Below, piece after piece: positions 54,113 to 61,753 of a DNA stretch of 61,753 nucleotides. The notes below the pieces were generated by a model. The model saw only the letters and a program-made list of their open reading frames with translations. It was not told where the DNA came from and searched no databases. Position 1 is the first letter of the stretch, and each line of letters starts with the position of its first letter. Source of the DNA: Escherichia phage vB_EcoS_SA126VB; sequence record OL960573.1. The stretch is one strand, 5' to 3'. Both the position numbers and the translations under genes were made by a program.

Positions 54113-54316
54113 ATGTCTATTCGTAACGTTATCTGCGTAATGGTTGCAAACAATAATTTCGGTTTCGTAGAAGGCACAGAGTATAAAATGGATCTTAAAA
54201 CTCGTTGCATTATTAAAGGTGAAGAGGAATGGCGTGCAGTAGTAGAAGACCGCGGAGATATCTACATCTATAGTTCGGATACAATGAAAACTATTGCCGT
54301 CTTCGAATTTAACTAA
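54113..54316 (+). CDS. hypothetical small protein
   Basis: 67 aa, AAAGGGG RBS. Confidence 0.4.
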   Translation: MSIRNVICVMVANNNFGFVEGTEYKMDLKTRCIIKGEEEWRAVVEDRGDIYIYSSDTMKTIAVFEFN

Positions 54317-54384
54317 GCCAACTCATACAATGGGCATTAATACAGTGCCCATTAATAAGCTAACTAATTATAACGAGGTGTATT

Positions 54385-54570
54385 ATGTCTACGAACACTG
54401 TGAAGTCTGTAAATAATAGCAACAGAACATTTAAAGTTATGTACTATGGCGAATATATCGGAGACGTTACAGCTCCCAGCCGCATCGATGCAGAAGGTTT
54501 CGTCCGCGTAGAGATGCAACTTGGAATCGCCGATTTTAGCGCCATCGTTGAACTGGTAGAGGTGTACTAA
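54385..54570 (+). CDS. hypothetical small protein
   Basis: 61 aa, GAGGTG RBS. Confidence 0.4.
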   Translation: MSTNTVKSVNNSNRTFKVMYYGEYIGDVTAPSRIDAEGFVRVEMQLGIADFSAIVELVEVY

Positions 54571-54571
54571 T

Positions 54572-54712
54572 ATGTCACGAAAATACACGCTTACACGCGC
54601 ACAGCACGCGTTATTGATTGCAGCTATGCGTGAAGAGTATGCGGCTCACGGCTGGTATAGCGCCATGATACGCGGAAAAAGTTTATATAAAGAGTTGTGT
54701 CCGCAGAAATAA
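54572..54712 (+). CDS. candidate small ORF (46 aa), below ORF-track threshold
   Basis: ATG 54572 right after previous stop, GAGGTG RBS; MSRKYTLTRAQHALLIAAMREEYAAHGWYSAMIRGKSLYKELCPQK. Confidence 0.3.
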   Translation: MSRKYTLTRAQHALLIAAMREEYAAHGWYSAMIRGKSLYKELCPQK

Positions 54713-55277
54713 GGCACACAGCAGCACCACAGCGGGCTAAAGCTCAAAGGTAATGGTAATGCATTACCAACACACAACGAGCACGTTGTACCCCACAAAG
54801 CGGCGCTAATTTCAATGCTCACAGGCTGTACGTTAACGCGTACGGCCTGCTCTGCTATATGTGCGCCATGTATATAGCCAGCTCACAATATGCATCAATA
54901 TAATGACGAATGAAATAGATTCGTTTGGAAGAATAACGGATCTTACAGTCACAGACCGGTCCAATGAGCCGACTCATAGACCCCACCTAGGATCATCAGG
55001 GTACTAATAATCACACGAGGGCGCCTTATCCATCCTGATAGTAAGTCCTTGTCTAAATCTCACCTGTCACATTCCTATCCACCTACATCCATAACCCCAC
55101 CTACCTTCTTTTTGAATATATTGCGCTCATCCTTTCTAAATATATGGATTTTGGTAGTAAATTCTGAGTCGTCAACGTATAATTCGTCTTGTAGCTGCTC
55201 CATAGCTACCATCTTTAAGCGGATGCAACCAATTTCTATCAATTCACACCTGTTTTTAGAGCATCAAGGAGGTATTT

Positions 55278-55529
55278 ATGTGTGACACCAGTGTAAGCGC
55301 TACACCCAGCACCTCCAGCAATGTGGTTACAGAGGTAAATGCAATGCGATTAGGTCCATATCGCGGCTATTATGGTCGTGCTGCATGGAATGACGCTACT
55401 CAACGTTTTGAAGGCTGGATTATCTGCCCGGAACGTGTTAAATTTCACTCCGTAAAAGAGAAAAATATCGTTCTTAATTTTCAAAAATGTGTCACTAAAT
55501 ATGTAGAGGAGCAAGAAGAATGCGTGTAG
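55278..55529 (+). CDS. hypothetical protein
   Basis: 83 aa, AAGGAGG RBS. Confidence 0.45.
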   Translation: MCDTSVSATPSTSSNVVTEVNAMRLGPYRGYYGRAAWNDATQRFEGWIICPERVKFHSVKEKNIVLNFQKCVTKYVEEQEECV

Positions 55530-55810
55530 AAGAGATTGTTGAAGGTAAAGAGTATCGTTTACTGACCGATATTGGTGGTGTTGGGTATACTCCGGATGAT
55601 GCAGCTTGTTTTAACGTCCTTCCGCAAGGTGCTATCGTGACAGTTAACAAGGTCGTTACCGATTTATACAGTGTTCATGACGGCAGATGGCCACATGCAG
55701 TTATTGTTACCTTCGGTAAAGATGGTTATGTGGACCTTGATGGCGAAGACGATACTTACGAAGTTGCGTATACAGGTCTGGTAAGTCCCAATTTCCTGGA
55801 AGAAGTATAA
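55520..55810 (+). CDS. hypothetical acidic protein
   Basis: 96 aa, GAGGAG RBS. Confidence 0.45.
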   Translation: MRVEEIVEGKEYRLLTDIGGVGYTPDDAACFNVLPQGAIVTVNKVVTDLYSVHDGRWPHAVIVTFGKDGYVDLDGEDDTYEVAYTGLVSPNFLEEV

Positions 55811-55861
55811 TTATCAATCTATAATGGGTTCTACGGAGCCCTTAATTATCTGGAGGTTGTT

Positions 55862-56161
55862 ATGCTGTATTTAGGAATGGACGAAACTGGACACGCAATT
55901 CCTTCTGTTAACAAAGAGACGCAAGTATTTACAGACTATTACGGGTCTGCTATTCCTGTAGAGCCCTGGGCCAACTTTATCGCTGTAGACGCAGACGGTA
56001 AAGTACATTGTTATGACGCCAAACCTTCTTGCTATGAATCTGGTAAGCAATGGATGCTTGGCGTATACGGTTTGCATGTGCGCTACTGCGGTGAAGTTGA
56101 CATTGAAGGTGTGGACTGGCGCGATACGTTGAAGGAGATTACTACATATGTCCACAGCTGA
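55862..56161 (+). CDS. hypothetical protein
   Basis: 99 aa, GGAGG RBS. Confidence 0.45.
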   Translation: MLYLGMDETGHAIPSVNKETQVFTDYYGSAIPVEPWANFIAVDADGKVHCYDAKPSCYESGKQWMLGVYGLHVRYCGEVDIEGVDWRDTLKEITTYVHS

Positions 56162-56237
56162 AGTTACCACATTCATAATAGCTTTTGCGGTTGCTTTATT
56201 TCTTCTAGCTAAGTTAGATTTATTTATTGGGTAACTT

Positions 56238-56462
56238 ATGCGACTACTTATGGTTCTTGGTGTTATAATTGCTGCATTCATTGTGTTTGCAATTGTAGAC
56301 TCTAAAGAAATGGAGCGGCAAAATTGTCAGCGTACTGGTAACAGCCGGGAGGATATTATTTGGCAATATATTTACGATGCAAAAGGTAATGTTATGTCAA
56401 TGTATCCTCAGGTTATTACAGAGTATGAATATAAATGCAACGACCGTAACAGGTGGAGATAA
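56238..56462 (+). CDS. small membrane protein
   Basis: 74 aa, N-terminal hydrophobic helix. Confidence 0.4.
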   Translation: MRLLMVLGVIIAAFIVFAIVDSKEMERQNCQRTGNSREDIIWQYIYDAKGNVMSMYPQVITEYEYKCNDRNRWR

Positions 56463-56464
56463 TA

Positions 56465-56944
56465 ATGGAAGTTACTGAAGCTGCTAAACGCATGGTAAAA
56501 TTCTATGTCGGCTCTGATGCACCTTTAATTCGCGCTTTTGATCAGGAACTTTATGTTTTCCAGGCTGATCGAGAGGAAGCTGAAGAAATTGCTCAGGCAA
56601 TCCTCAATCTGCAAGCAAAAGCGGATCGTGCGGAAGCCCTTGAAGCAGAATGGCGAGCTCAGGAAGAATGCGCCGAAAATGCTGAAACGGATCTTGTCAA
56701 CATGCGTGCTGCTGAGCACGCACTATCCGATTCTTATATTCGTTTGCGTCAAATTGTTGGTGCAATGAACCCGCCTGGTGTGAGCAGCGAAGAGGTGTGG
56801 GCGCATACCGAGAAGAAGGCTCAAGAGTTGCGTGATCGCTGCGAAGCTCTGGAAGCTGTAGCAAAGGACTTCCTGCGTCGTAATAAATATGGTCCTTTGT
56901 TCTATCGTGATTTGTATAACCGTTTTAAGGAGATTGTGAAATGA
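56465..56944 (+). CDS. hypothetical acidic coiled-coil protein
   Basis: ATG 56465 with AGGTGGAG RBS (track start 56453 is GTG). Confidence 0.45.
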   Translation: MEVTEAAKRMVKFYVGSDAPLIRAFDQELYVFQADREEAEEIAQAILNLQAKADRAEALEAEWRAQEECAENAETDLVNMRAAEHALSDSYIRLRQIVGAMNPPGVSSEEVWAHTEKKAQELRDRCEALEAVAKDFLRRNKYGPLFYRDLYNRFKEIVK

Positions 56945-57210
56945 TCACAGCACAACAAGCACGTAAAAATAGTGAAAATTTGGATATCACTGAATATATT
57001 TATGATTTGGATAAATGGATTACTAAAGCGTCTCTCGAGGGTAGAGATTGTATTAAACTATTTGAAAAGCCTTATAGTGAAATTGGTAGTCCTAATGCAC
57101 GTCCTGTAATGAGAAAGGTGACTGAACAACTGGTATCATTTGGATATAAAATCAAATATAACCAACCATTGAGTCGGATGGATACTGAAAGTGTGGAGAT
57201 TTTATGGTGA
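56941..57210 (+). CDS. hypothetical protein
   Basis: 89 aa, ATG overlaps previous stop. Confidence 0.4.
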   Translation: MITAQQARKNSENLDITEYIYDLDKWITKASLEGRDCIKLFEKPYSEIGSPNARPVMRKVTEQLVSFGYKIKYNQPLSRMDTESVEILW

Positions 57211-57277
57211 TTGAAGAAAATATCAAATATTGGAAAGGTTTTATTGACGAAATGTTGAAACCATTGGAGAAGAAATA

Positions 57278-57670
57278 ATGCGATTAGTCGTCACCGGAGG
57301 TCGAGATTTTAAGCATGTGGAGTATATTTACGCTCAATTGGATAAGATGCATATGCAAAGAAGGATAACCACACTTCGCCACGGTGACGCTGACGGTGTT
57401 GACCGCATTTGCGAACATTGGGCGGAGCGGAACGGTATTAAGACGGAGGCGTTTCCTGCGCCGTGGCACAATCTTTCACTGCCAAATACTAAGATACGAT
57501 ATAACGCCAAAGGAGCTTATAATGCGCAAGCAGGCGCTTACCGTAATCAATTAATGCTGGATACTGATCCTAAACCAGATCACGCTATTGTGTTTCCGGG
57601 CGGAGCTGGTACTATGGACATGTACAGACGGATTAAAGCATCCGGTATTCCTTACACATTAGCGGAGTAA
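57278..57670 (+). CDS. LOG/SLOG-like Rossmann-fold protein (predicted nucleotide-processing enzyme)
   Basis: VVTGGRDF near N-terminus and VFPGGAGTMDM (PGGxGT motif) near C-terminus; GGAGAAG RBS. Confidence 0.4.
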   Translation: MRLVVTGGRDFKHVEYIYAQLDKMHMQRRITTLRHGDADGVDRICEHWAERNGIKTEAFPAPWHNLSLPNTKIRYNAKGAYNAQAGAYRNQLMLDTDPKPDHAIVFPGGAGTMDMYRRIKASGIPYTLAE

Positions 57671-57673
57671 ATA

Positions 57674-58144
57674 ATGGCTGACGTTAAAACTATTGTTGAT
57701 GCAATGGACGAATCCAAAGACTGCCAACTGAAGAAGTCGTTTGAAGTAAAACAGGTTACAGAAACTCAGTTGGTCTGCAATTTTGCGCGTTATTGTGGAC
57801 TGGGACGCGGGAAAGACTGGAACGGGCTTATTGTTATGCCCACATCACAGATCCTTGTCTATGTCCGTAATGTTGTAGAAGATCTTTTACGTCTTCAAAT
57901 AGATATTGGTGACGTAGAAATTAACATGACTGCGAGCTCTACTATTGTGGTTAAATGGCAGTCGGGCGAGACACTGCGTTTGGAAGCGTGTCATTGTGCT
58001 AAGAGCTTGCACCACCTGCGCGGTTGTCACTACCAGTTTGTTGGGTTTGTGCATCCGCAAGGGTTAAGCGAGCGTACGGCGCTGGTAGCGCGTTTGCTGC
58101 TGCGTCCTTACAATAACGAGCCGGAAGTTATATACGAGGCATAA
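57674..58144 (+). CDS. hypothetical protein
   Basis: 156 aa, GGAG RBS. Confidence 0.45.
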   Translation: MADVKTIVDAMDESKDCQLKKSFEVKQVTETQLVCNFARYCGLGRGKDWNGLIVMPTSQILVYVRNVVEDLLRLQIDIGDVEINMTASSTIVVKWQSGETLRLEACHCAKSLHHLRGCHYQFVGFVHPQGLSERTALVARLLLRPYNNEPEVIYEA

Positions 58145-58145
58145 G

Positions 58146-58352
58146 ATGGAAACCCCATTGGCTAAACAAATGATAGAGCGTGCTGATCGGGACGGTTTGC
58201 CCGAAGACCATGCTATGCGTCGAACTGCACAAGCGTTTGACGAAATTAGCGTTAATTACGCTATGGGAAAGAGCACGCCTAAAGGCTTACTGGGCGCATG
58301 GGCTCGCGCTCGTCGCTGCTGGTGCAACTACACCGGAGAACCGCTTGTATGA
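58146..58352 (+). CDS. hypothetical small protein
   Basis: 68 aa. Confidence 0.35.
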   Translation: METPLAKQMIERADRDGLPEDHAMRRTAQAFDEISVNYAMGKSTPKGLLGAWARARRCWCNYTGEPLV

Positions 58353-58771
58353 TTAAACATGTTAAGCAACCAACGTTGAATACATGCGTTTCTGCGTGTT
58401 TGGCAATGATCCTTAATAAACCTGTTGAGAATGTGATTGAGGAATTTCATAGTCGTTATTATAACAACTGGGAGATTACTATCAGCGAATATTTGACTAA
58501 AAACGGCGTCCAGCATCATTGTTCGGAAGGTGGTGGACGGGAAACTTTGCATATGGGAGGTTTGTTCCTGTGCACGGTGCCAAGTCTTAATATTCCGGGC
58601 GCATTGCACCAGATTGTAATTGATATGACAGATCACAAGTTTATTGTGTATGATCCAATTAAAGGATGGGAAGGTAAAAAGTTCTATGTTGGTCCGGATC
58701 AAGATCCTGAAGAGCCTGGAGCTTTTATCATTCATACTTGGGTCAAAGACGTTGAAATCCTGCTTTATTAA
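58349..58771 (+). CDS. papain-like cysteine peptidase, C39-like
   Basis: ATG 58349 overlapping previous stop; QPTLNTCVSACLAMIL (Cys motif) and HQIVIDMTDHKFIVYDP (His region). Confidence 0.45.
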   Translation: MIKHVKQPTLNTCVSACLAMILNKPVENVIEEFHSRYYNNWEITISEYLTKNGVQHHCSEGGGRETLHMGGLFLCTVPSLNIPGALHQIVIDMTDHKFIVYDPIKGWEGKKFYVGPDQDPEEPGAFIIHTWVKDVEILLY

Positions 58772-58833
58772 TTTTCTTGCTATCACATAACCCTTCATTG
58801 TATTGTGTACCCATCGAATAAGAGGGGTACACA

Positions 58834-59019
58834 ATGACCAAACTATACGCCGGATTGTTTTTATTTGCGACGTTAATGTTCGCTGGGCTTTATACCTATA
58901 CAGTAGTCGAACAACCTTCCACGGTTATCCGAATCTTTGCAAGTACAGGGCTTTGCATCTGTCTTATTCTATTTGTTTTATGCATTGTTATTATCCAAGA
59001 CCAAAGGAAAGTTAAATGA
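58834..59019 (+). CDS. small membrane protein
   Basis: 61 aa, two hydrophobic helices, AAGAGGGG RBS. Confidence 0.4.
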   Translation: MTKLYAGLFLFATLMFAGLYTYTVVEQPSTVIRIFASTGLCICLILFVLCIVIIQDQRKVK

Positions 59020-59480
59020 CCACAATTGCGTTTGATGGAAAAGTATTAGCTGCGGACCGTGGAGTTATGCGCGGGGAAGCTGTGACTGCTTATAAGAAAG
59101 TTCATAGCGTGAATGGACATCGTGGACGGTTTCTACTGGGCTTGTGCGGCCTTACAGCATTTACCGATCAGGTGTTGCGTTATTTTAATAGCGCGGAACC
59201 TGTTAAGTTCCCTGATATTAAACTTTACAGTAAAGATGATGATTACGGGCAAACTTGCGGTCTTGCTGTCACTCCGGAAGGTACTTGCCATTTTATTTAT
59301 AATGATGGTACTTTGAGCGAGCCCATGCTGGATGGATGGGGATCTGAGGGTAGCGGTTGTGTGTTTGCTGCTGGGGCGTTAGCTGCTGGTGCAAGTGCGA
59401 GCGAAGCTATTGAGTTGGCAATTAAACACACCACCTGCGCATTCCTGGGAGTTGATACAATATCATTTGAGGGTTTTTAA
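59016..59480 (+). CDS. HslV/proteasome-beta-like Ntn-hydrolase fold protein
   Basis: N-terminal MTTIAFDGK (Thr at position 2 after Met removal, as in HslV TTIV); Gly-rich GSEGSGCVFAAGALAAG segment. Confidence 0.4.
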   Translation: MTTIAFDGKVLAADRGVMRGEAVTAYKKVHSVNGHRGRFLLGLCGLTAFTDQVLRYFNSAEPVKFPDIKLYSKDDDYGQTCGLAVTPEGTCHFIYNDGTLSEPMLDGWGSEGSGCVFAAGALAAGASASEAIELAIKHTTCAFLGVDTISFEGF

Positions 59481-59481
59481 A

Positions 59482-59973
59482 ATGGAATGGTCTTCCATAT
59501 TTACTTATTTGGATGGAAAGCTGTTCTGGAAAACTTCTAGAGGTGGTAGAGTTATACCAGGAGCACTTGCTGGTCATGCTACAAAGAGGGGTTACGTTAA
59601 AATACGATGCGGTTGTAGTTTCTATCTAAGGCATCGCATAGTATGGGAAATGCATAATGGTTCCATTCCCGAAAATATGCAAATAGATCATATTAATCAC
59701 GTTCCTGGAGATGACAGGATAGAGAATCTTAGATTAGTTACAAGTACATTAAATAATAGGAACGTAACCAGATCTAAGCTTAATAAGTCTGGTGTTACTG
59801 GTGTTTGCTATCACAAAAGAAATAAAAGATGGATAGCTTATATTAATACACAGGTTGGTCAAGTAAGACTTGGCTCTTTTATTAATTTTGAAGATGCTGT
59901 CAATGCTCGTAAAAATGCTGAGATTGTATATGAATACCACGAGAATCACGGAACTGAACGTAAGAGTTTTTGA
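59482..59973 (+). CDS. HNH homing endonuclease (HNH_3 plus AP2-like domain)
   Basis: IDHINHVPGDDRIENLRLVT HNH core; AP2-like KSGVTGVCYHKRNKRWIAYI; ATG 59482 right after previous stop. Confidence 0.7.
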   Translation: MEWSSIFTYLDGKLFWKTSRGGRVIPGALAGHATKRGYVKIRCGCSFYLRHRIVWEMHNGSIPENMQIDHINHVPGDDRIENLRLVTSTLNNRNVTRSKLNKSGVTGVCYHKRNKRWIAYINTQVGQVRLGSFINFEDAVNARKNAEIVYEYHENHGTERKSF

Positions 59974-60217
59974 TGTTTTACCTTCACAATTAAACTGGAG
60001 GATAAAAGATTTTTATAACTATGTCCAAGTGAACGATGATATTTTCTTCACTAATTGTGAGGAGGTAGCTATTGCGATTATTGATAGTCTGCAAACTAAT
60101 GGCCTTGTTATCTTTTGGGATGGGGTTAACGATTACTCAGTATATTCAGAAAAGTATCTTGGCGAAGGGGACTCATTATTCGCTAAGTCCTGCGTTCTGG
60201 CATTCCTTAATAGATGA
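59870..60217 (+). CDS. hypothetical protein, start uncertain
   Basis: Track ORF overlaps HNH 3' end by about 100 nt; no convincing ATG/RBS downstream. Confidence 0.25.
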   Translation: MALLLILKMLSMLVKMLRLYMNTTRITELNVRVFDVLPSQLNWRIKDFYNYVQVNDDIFFTNCEEVAIAIIDSLQTNGLVIFWDGVNDYSVYSEKYLGEGDSLFAKSCVLAFLNR

Positions 60218-60302
60218 TCCGTCATATCCAATTCAGCTTGCTCCTCTTGATCAAAGCCTGTTAATATTATCAAGCCTAAATCAAGCGGAGGAGGCTTTAT
60301 CT

Positions 60303-60740
60303 ATGGCACTTCAACCTCGTGGTATTCGTAATAACAATCCAGGTAATATTCGCTGGGGTGATAATTGGCAGGGCTTAGTTCCTGCTGATAAGCGAACAGA
60401 TAAATCTTTTGCGCAATTCACGCAACCGATTTACGGCATTCGTGCACTAGCGAAAATCCTGACAAACTACACCAAACGTGAAGGCTTACCCAATGTGGGT
60501 AAGAAAAACATCGATACTGTACGTGAAATCATCGCTCGCTGGGCACCGCCTAACGAAAACGATACGGAAGCGTATATTCGCTCTGTTGCCAAAGCAATTG
60601 GTGTTCGACCTAACGATCCAATTAATGTCTTCGACAAGGCAATTATGTCAGGATTGGTGAAAGCAATCATTCGTCATGAAAATGGCATGATGCCCTATAC
60701 CGACGACGTAATTAACCGCGCTATTGCAATGGTACTTTAA
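60303..60740 (+). CDS. hypothetical protein, candidate endolysin/cell-wall hydrolase by position
   Basis: ATG 60303 with GGAGGAGG RBS (track start 60072); GIRNNNPGNIRWG motif; directly upstream of holin/spanin genes; enzymatic class not established. Confidence 0.3.
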   Translation: MALQPRGIRNNNPGNIRWGDNWQGLVPADKRTDKSFAQFTQPIYGIRALAKILTNYTKREGLPNVGKKNIDTVREIIARWAPPNENDTEAYIRSVAKAIGVRPNDPINVFDKAIMSGLVKAIIRHENGMMPYTDDVINRAIAMVL

Positions 60741-60745
60741 CTGAC

Positions 60746-60767
60746 GGGGCGTTAGCCCCTTTTATTT
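60746..60767 (+). terminator. rho-independent terminator
   Basis: GGGGC-gtta-GCCCC followed by TTTTATTT. Confidence 0.65.
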
Positions 60768-60776
60768 GGAGGGAAC

Positions 60777-61121
60777 ATGTTCAATTCACCCAACGAACAT
60801 TGGGCAGTTCTAGCGGGGTTTGCGTTTATCTCCCTCATTGGGGGAGCTCTCGGTTATGTCATGCGTACAATAGACGCTGGTAAGAAAGTACGGGCAAGCA
60901 TTGCGTTTCTTGAAGGCTTATCCGCCGCTTTCTTTGGCGTTATAATGTATGCGATCTACAGGGAGTTTAACATCAGCCTTTGGTTCGCTTTTGGCCTTGC
61001 TGGCCTATTTGCTTGGGCAGGTTCACGTGCTACGCTAAAAGCCCTAACGTCGCTTATAGCTTCACGGACAGGGATCAAACTCGATTCAGGGGACTGCAAA
61101 CATGAAAACGATTCTAAATAA
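60777..61121 (+). CDS. putative holin (three transmembrane segments)
   Basis: 114 aa, three hydrophobic helices, charged C-terminus; GGAGGG RBS; precedes spanin pair. Confidence 0.5.
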   Translation: MFNSPNEHWAVLAGFAFISLIGGALGYVMRTIDAGKKVRASIAFLEGLSAAFFGVIMYAIYREFNISLWFAFGLAGLFAWAGSRATLKALTSLIASRTGIKLDSGDCKHENDSK

Positions 61122-61578
61122 CTTCTTCGGTTTTATAAAAACTAAACCGCGTCTGTTTATCGAGTATTTGATGATCGGCGCGGTTGTGTTTTTATGCGGG
61201 GTGGCTGCCTACCTGTGGTCACAGAACGAGCTTAACAAATCAAATTTAAGTTTGGCTGAAGAACGTTTAACCGTTGTGGAGAAAGACAATGCAAAGCTGG
61301 GCGAGGCTGTTGTATTTCTTGCTGCACAAAGGGAGAAGGACACTGACTCTTTCAAGAAACTAACTTCTGCAATTCAAGATGAACAACATAACCACAAGTT
61401 GCTTCAGGACAAGTTGCAGACACTGGAGAAAAGCAATGCTGACGTCAAAGCTTATCTTAACGAGCGTATTCCTGATGATTTGCGCAGGTTGCTCGACGCA
61501 GACTCAACCTCCTCCAGCTCCACAGATAGTGAAGGTAAGGCTACCCGCACATCTACTGGTGGAATGTCGGGAAGTTGA
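61102..61578 (+). CDS. putative i-spanin (Rz-like)
   Basis: N-terminal transmembrane helix then coiled-coil-like periplasmic region. Confidence 0.45.
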   Translation: MKTILNNFFGFIKTKPRLFIEYLMIGAVVFLCGVAAYLWSQNELNKSNLSLAEERLTVVEKDNAKLGEAVVFLAAQREKDTDSFKKLTSAIQDEQHNHKLLQDKLQTLEKSNADVKAYLNERIPDDLRRLLDADSTSSSSTDSEGKATRTSTGGMSGS

Positions 61579-61741
61579 GAAAATTCCTTTGGTTTACACA
61601 AGAGATATTATCCGACGTTTACAGGATACAGAAACTGCTCTGACTGAATGTAAGCTAAGGGTTAAGGAAATCATACGCTATGAAGCTGAAAATGTTTCGC
61701 TTGATTTTGTAGGATCAAGCAATTATATTCAGCCTAAATAG
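61436..61741 (+). CDS. putative o-spanin (Rz1-like lipoprotein), overlapped with i-spanin gene in another frame
   Basis: ATG 61436 with GGAGAA RBS; MLTSKLILTSVFLMICAGCS lipoprotein-signal-like N-terminus; Pro-rich segment QTQPPPAPQ. Confidence 0.45.
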   Translation: MLTSKLILTSVFLMICAGCSTQTQPPPAPQIVKVRLPAHLLVECREVEKIPLVYTRDIIRRLQDTETALTECKLRVKEIIRYEAENVSLDFVGSSNYIQPK

Positions 61742-61753
61742 CAATAAGAAGGG

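Noticed and set aside
55049-55285. 78-aa plus-strand ORF
   Set aside because: Ser/Pro/Leu-rich low-complexity translation, no RBS, and it runs into the well-supported start at 55278.
1-61753. Prophage or temperate lifestyle (integrase, CI-like repressor, att sites)
   Set aside because: No tyrosine/serine recombinase motifs or repressor/antirepressor pair recognised; the only HTH protein is a 67-aa AlpA-like ORF, so a virulent phage is the working interpretation.

Overview
The window reads as a near-complete genome of a virulent tailed dsDNA phage with a siphovirus-like gene order; no integrase, repressor, rRNA, tRNA or CRISPR array was recognised by eye. Layout: (i) a rightward structural/late module, 9-25422 (terminase, portal, scaffold, capsid, neck, tail tube, chaperone with a -1 frameshift, tape measure, tail tip, fibres); (ii) a long leftward block, 25456-53462, carrying replication, recombination and nucleotide-metabolism genes; (iii) a rightward block, 54113-61741, of small genes, two predicted peptidases, an HNH endonuclease and a lysis cassette. 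The stand-out system is a complete preQ0 (7-deazaguanine) biosynthesis set (folE, queD, queE, queC) with a DpdA-like transglycosylase and a YhhQ-like transporter, interleaved with uncharacterised ORFs and translationally coupled to a beta-clamp-like gene and a compact family-B DNA polymerase; this predicts 7-deazaguanine hypermodification of the phage DNA as an anti-restriction measure. Other notable signals: an iteron-like repeat cluster with an adjacent AT-rich tract (candidate origin), four HNH-family genes sharing an exact 42-bp repeat, and a pair of predicted peptidases (C39-like and HslV-like). All calls rest on reading the sequence and the supplied ORF translations; no database search was run. 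Many ORF-track starts are TTG/GTG and were moved to an in-frame ATG with a Shine-Dalgarno where one was seen.
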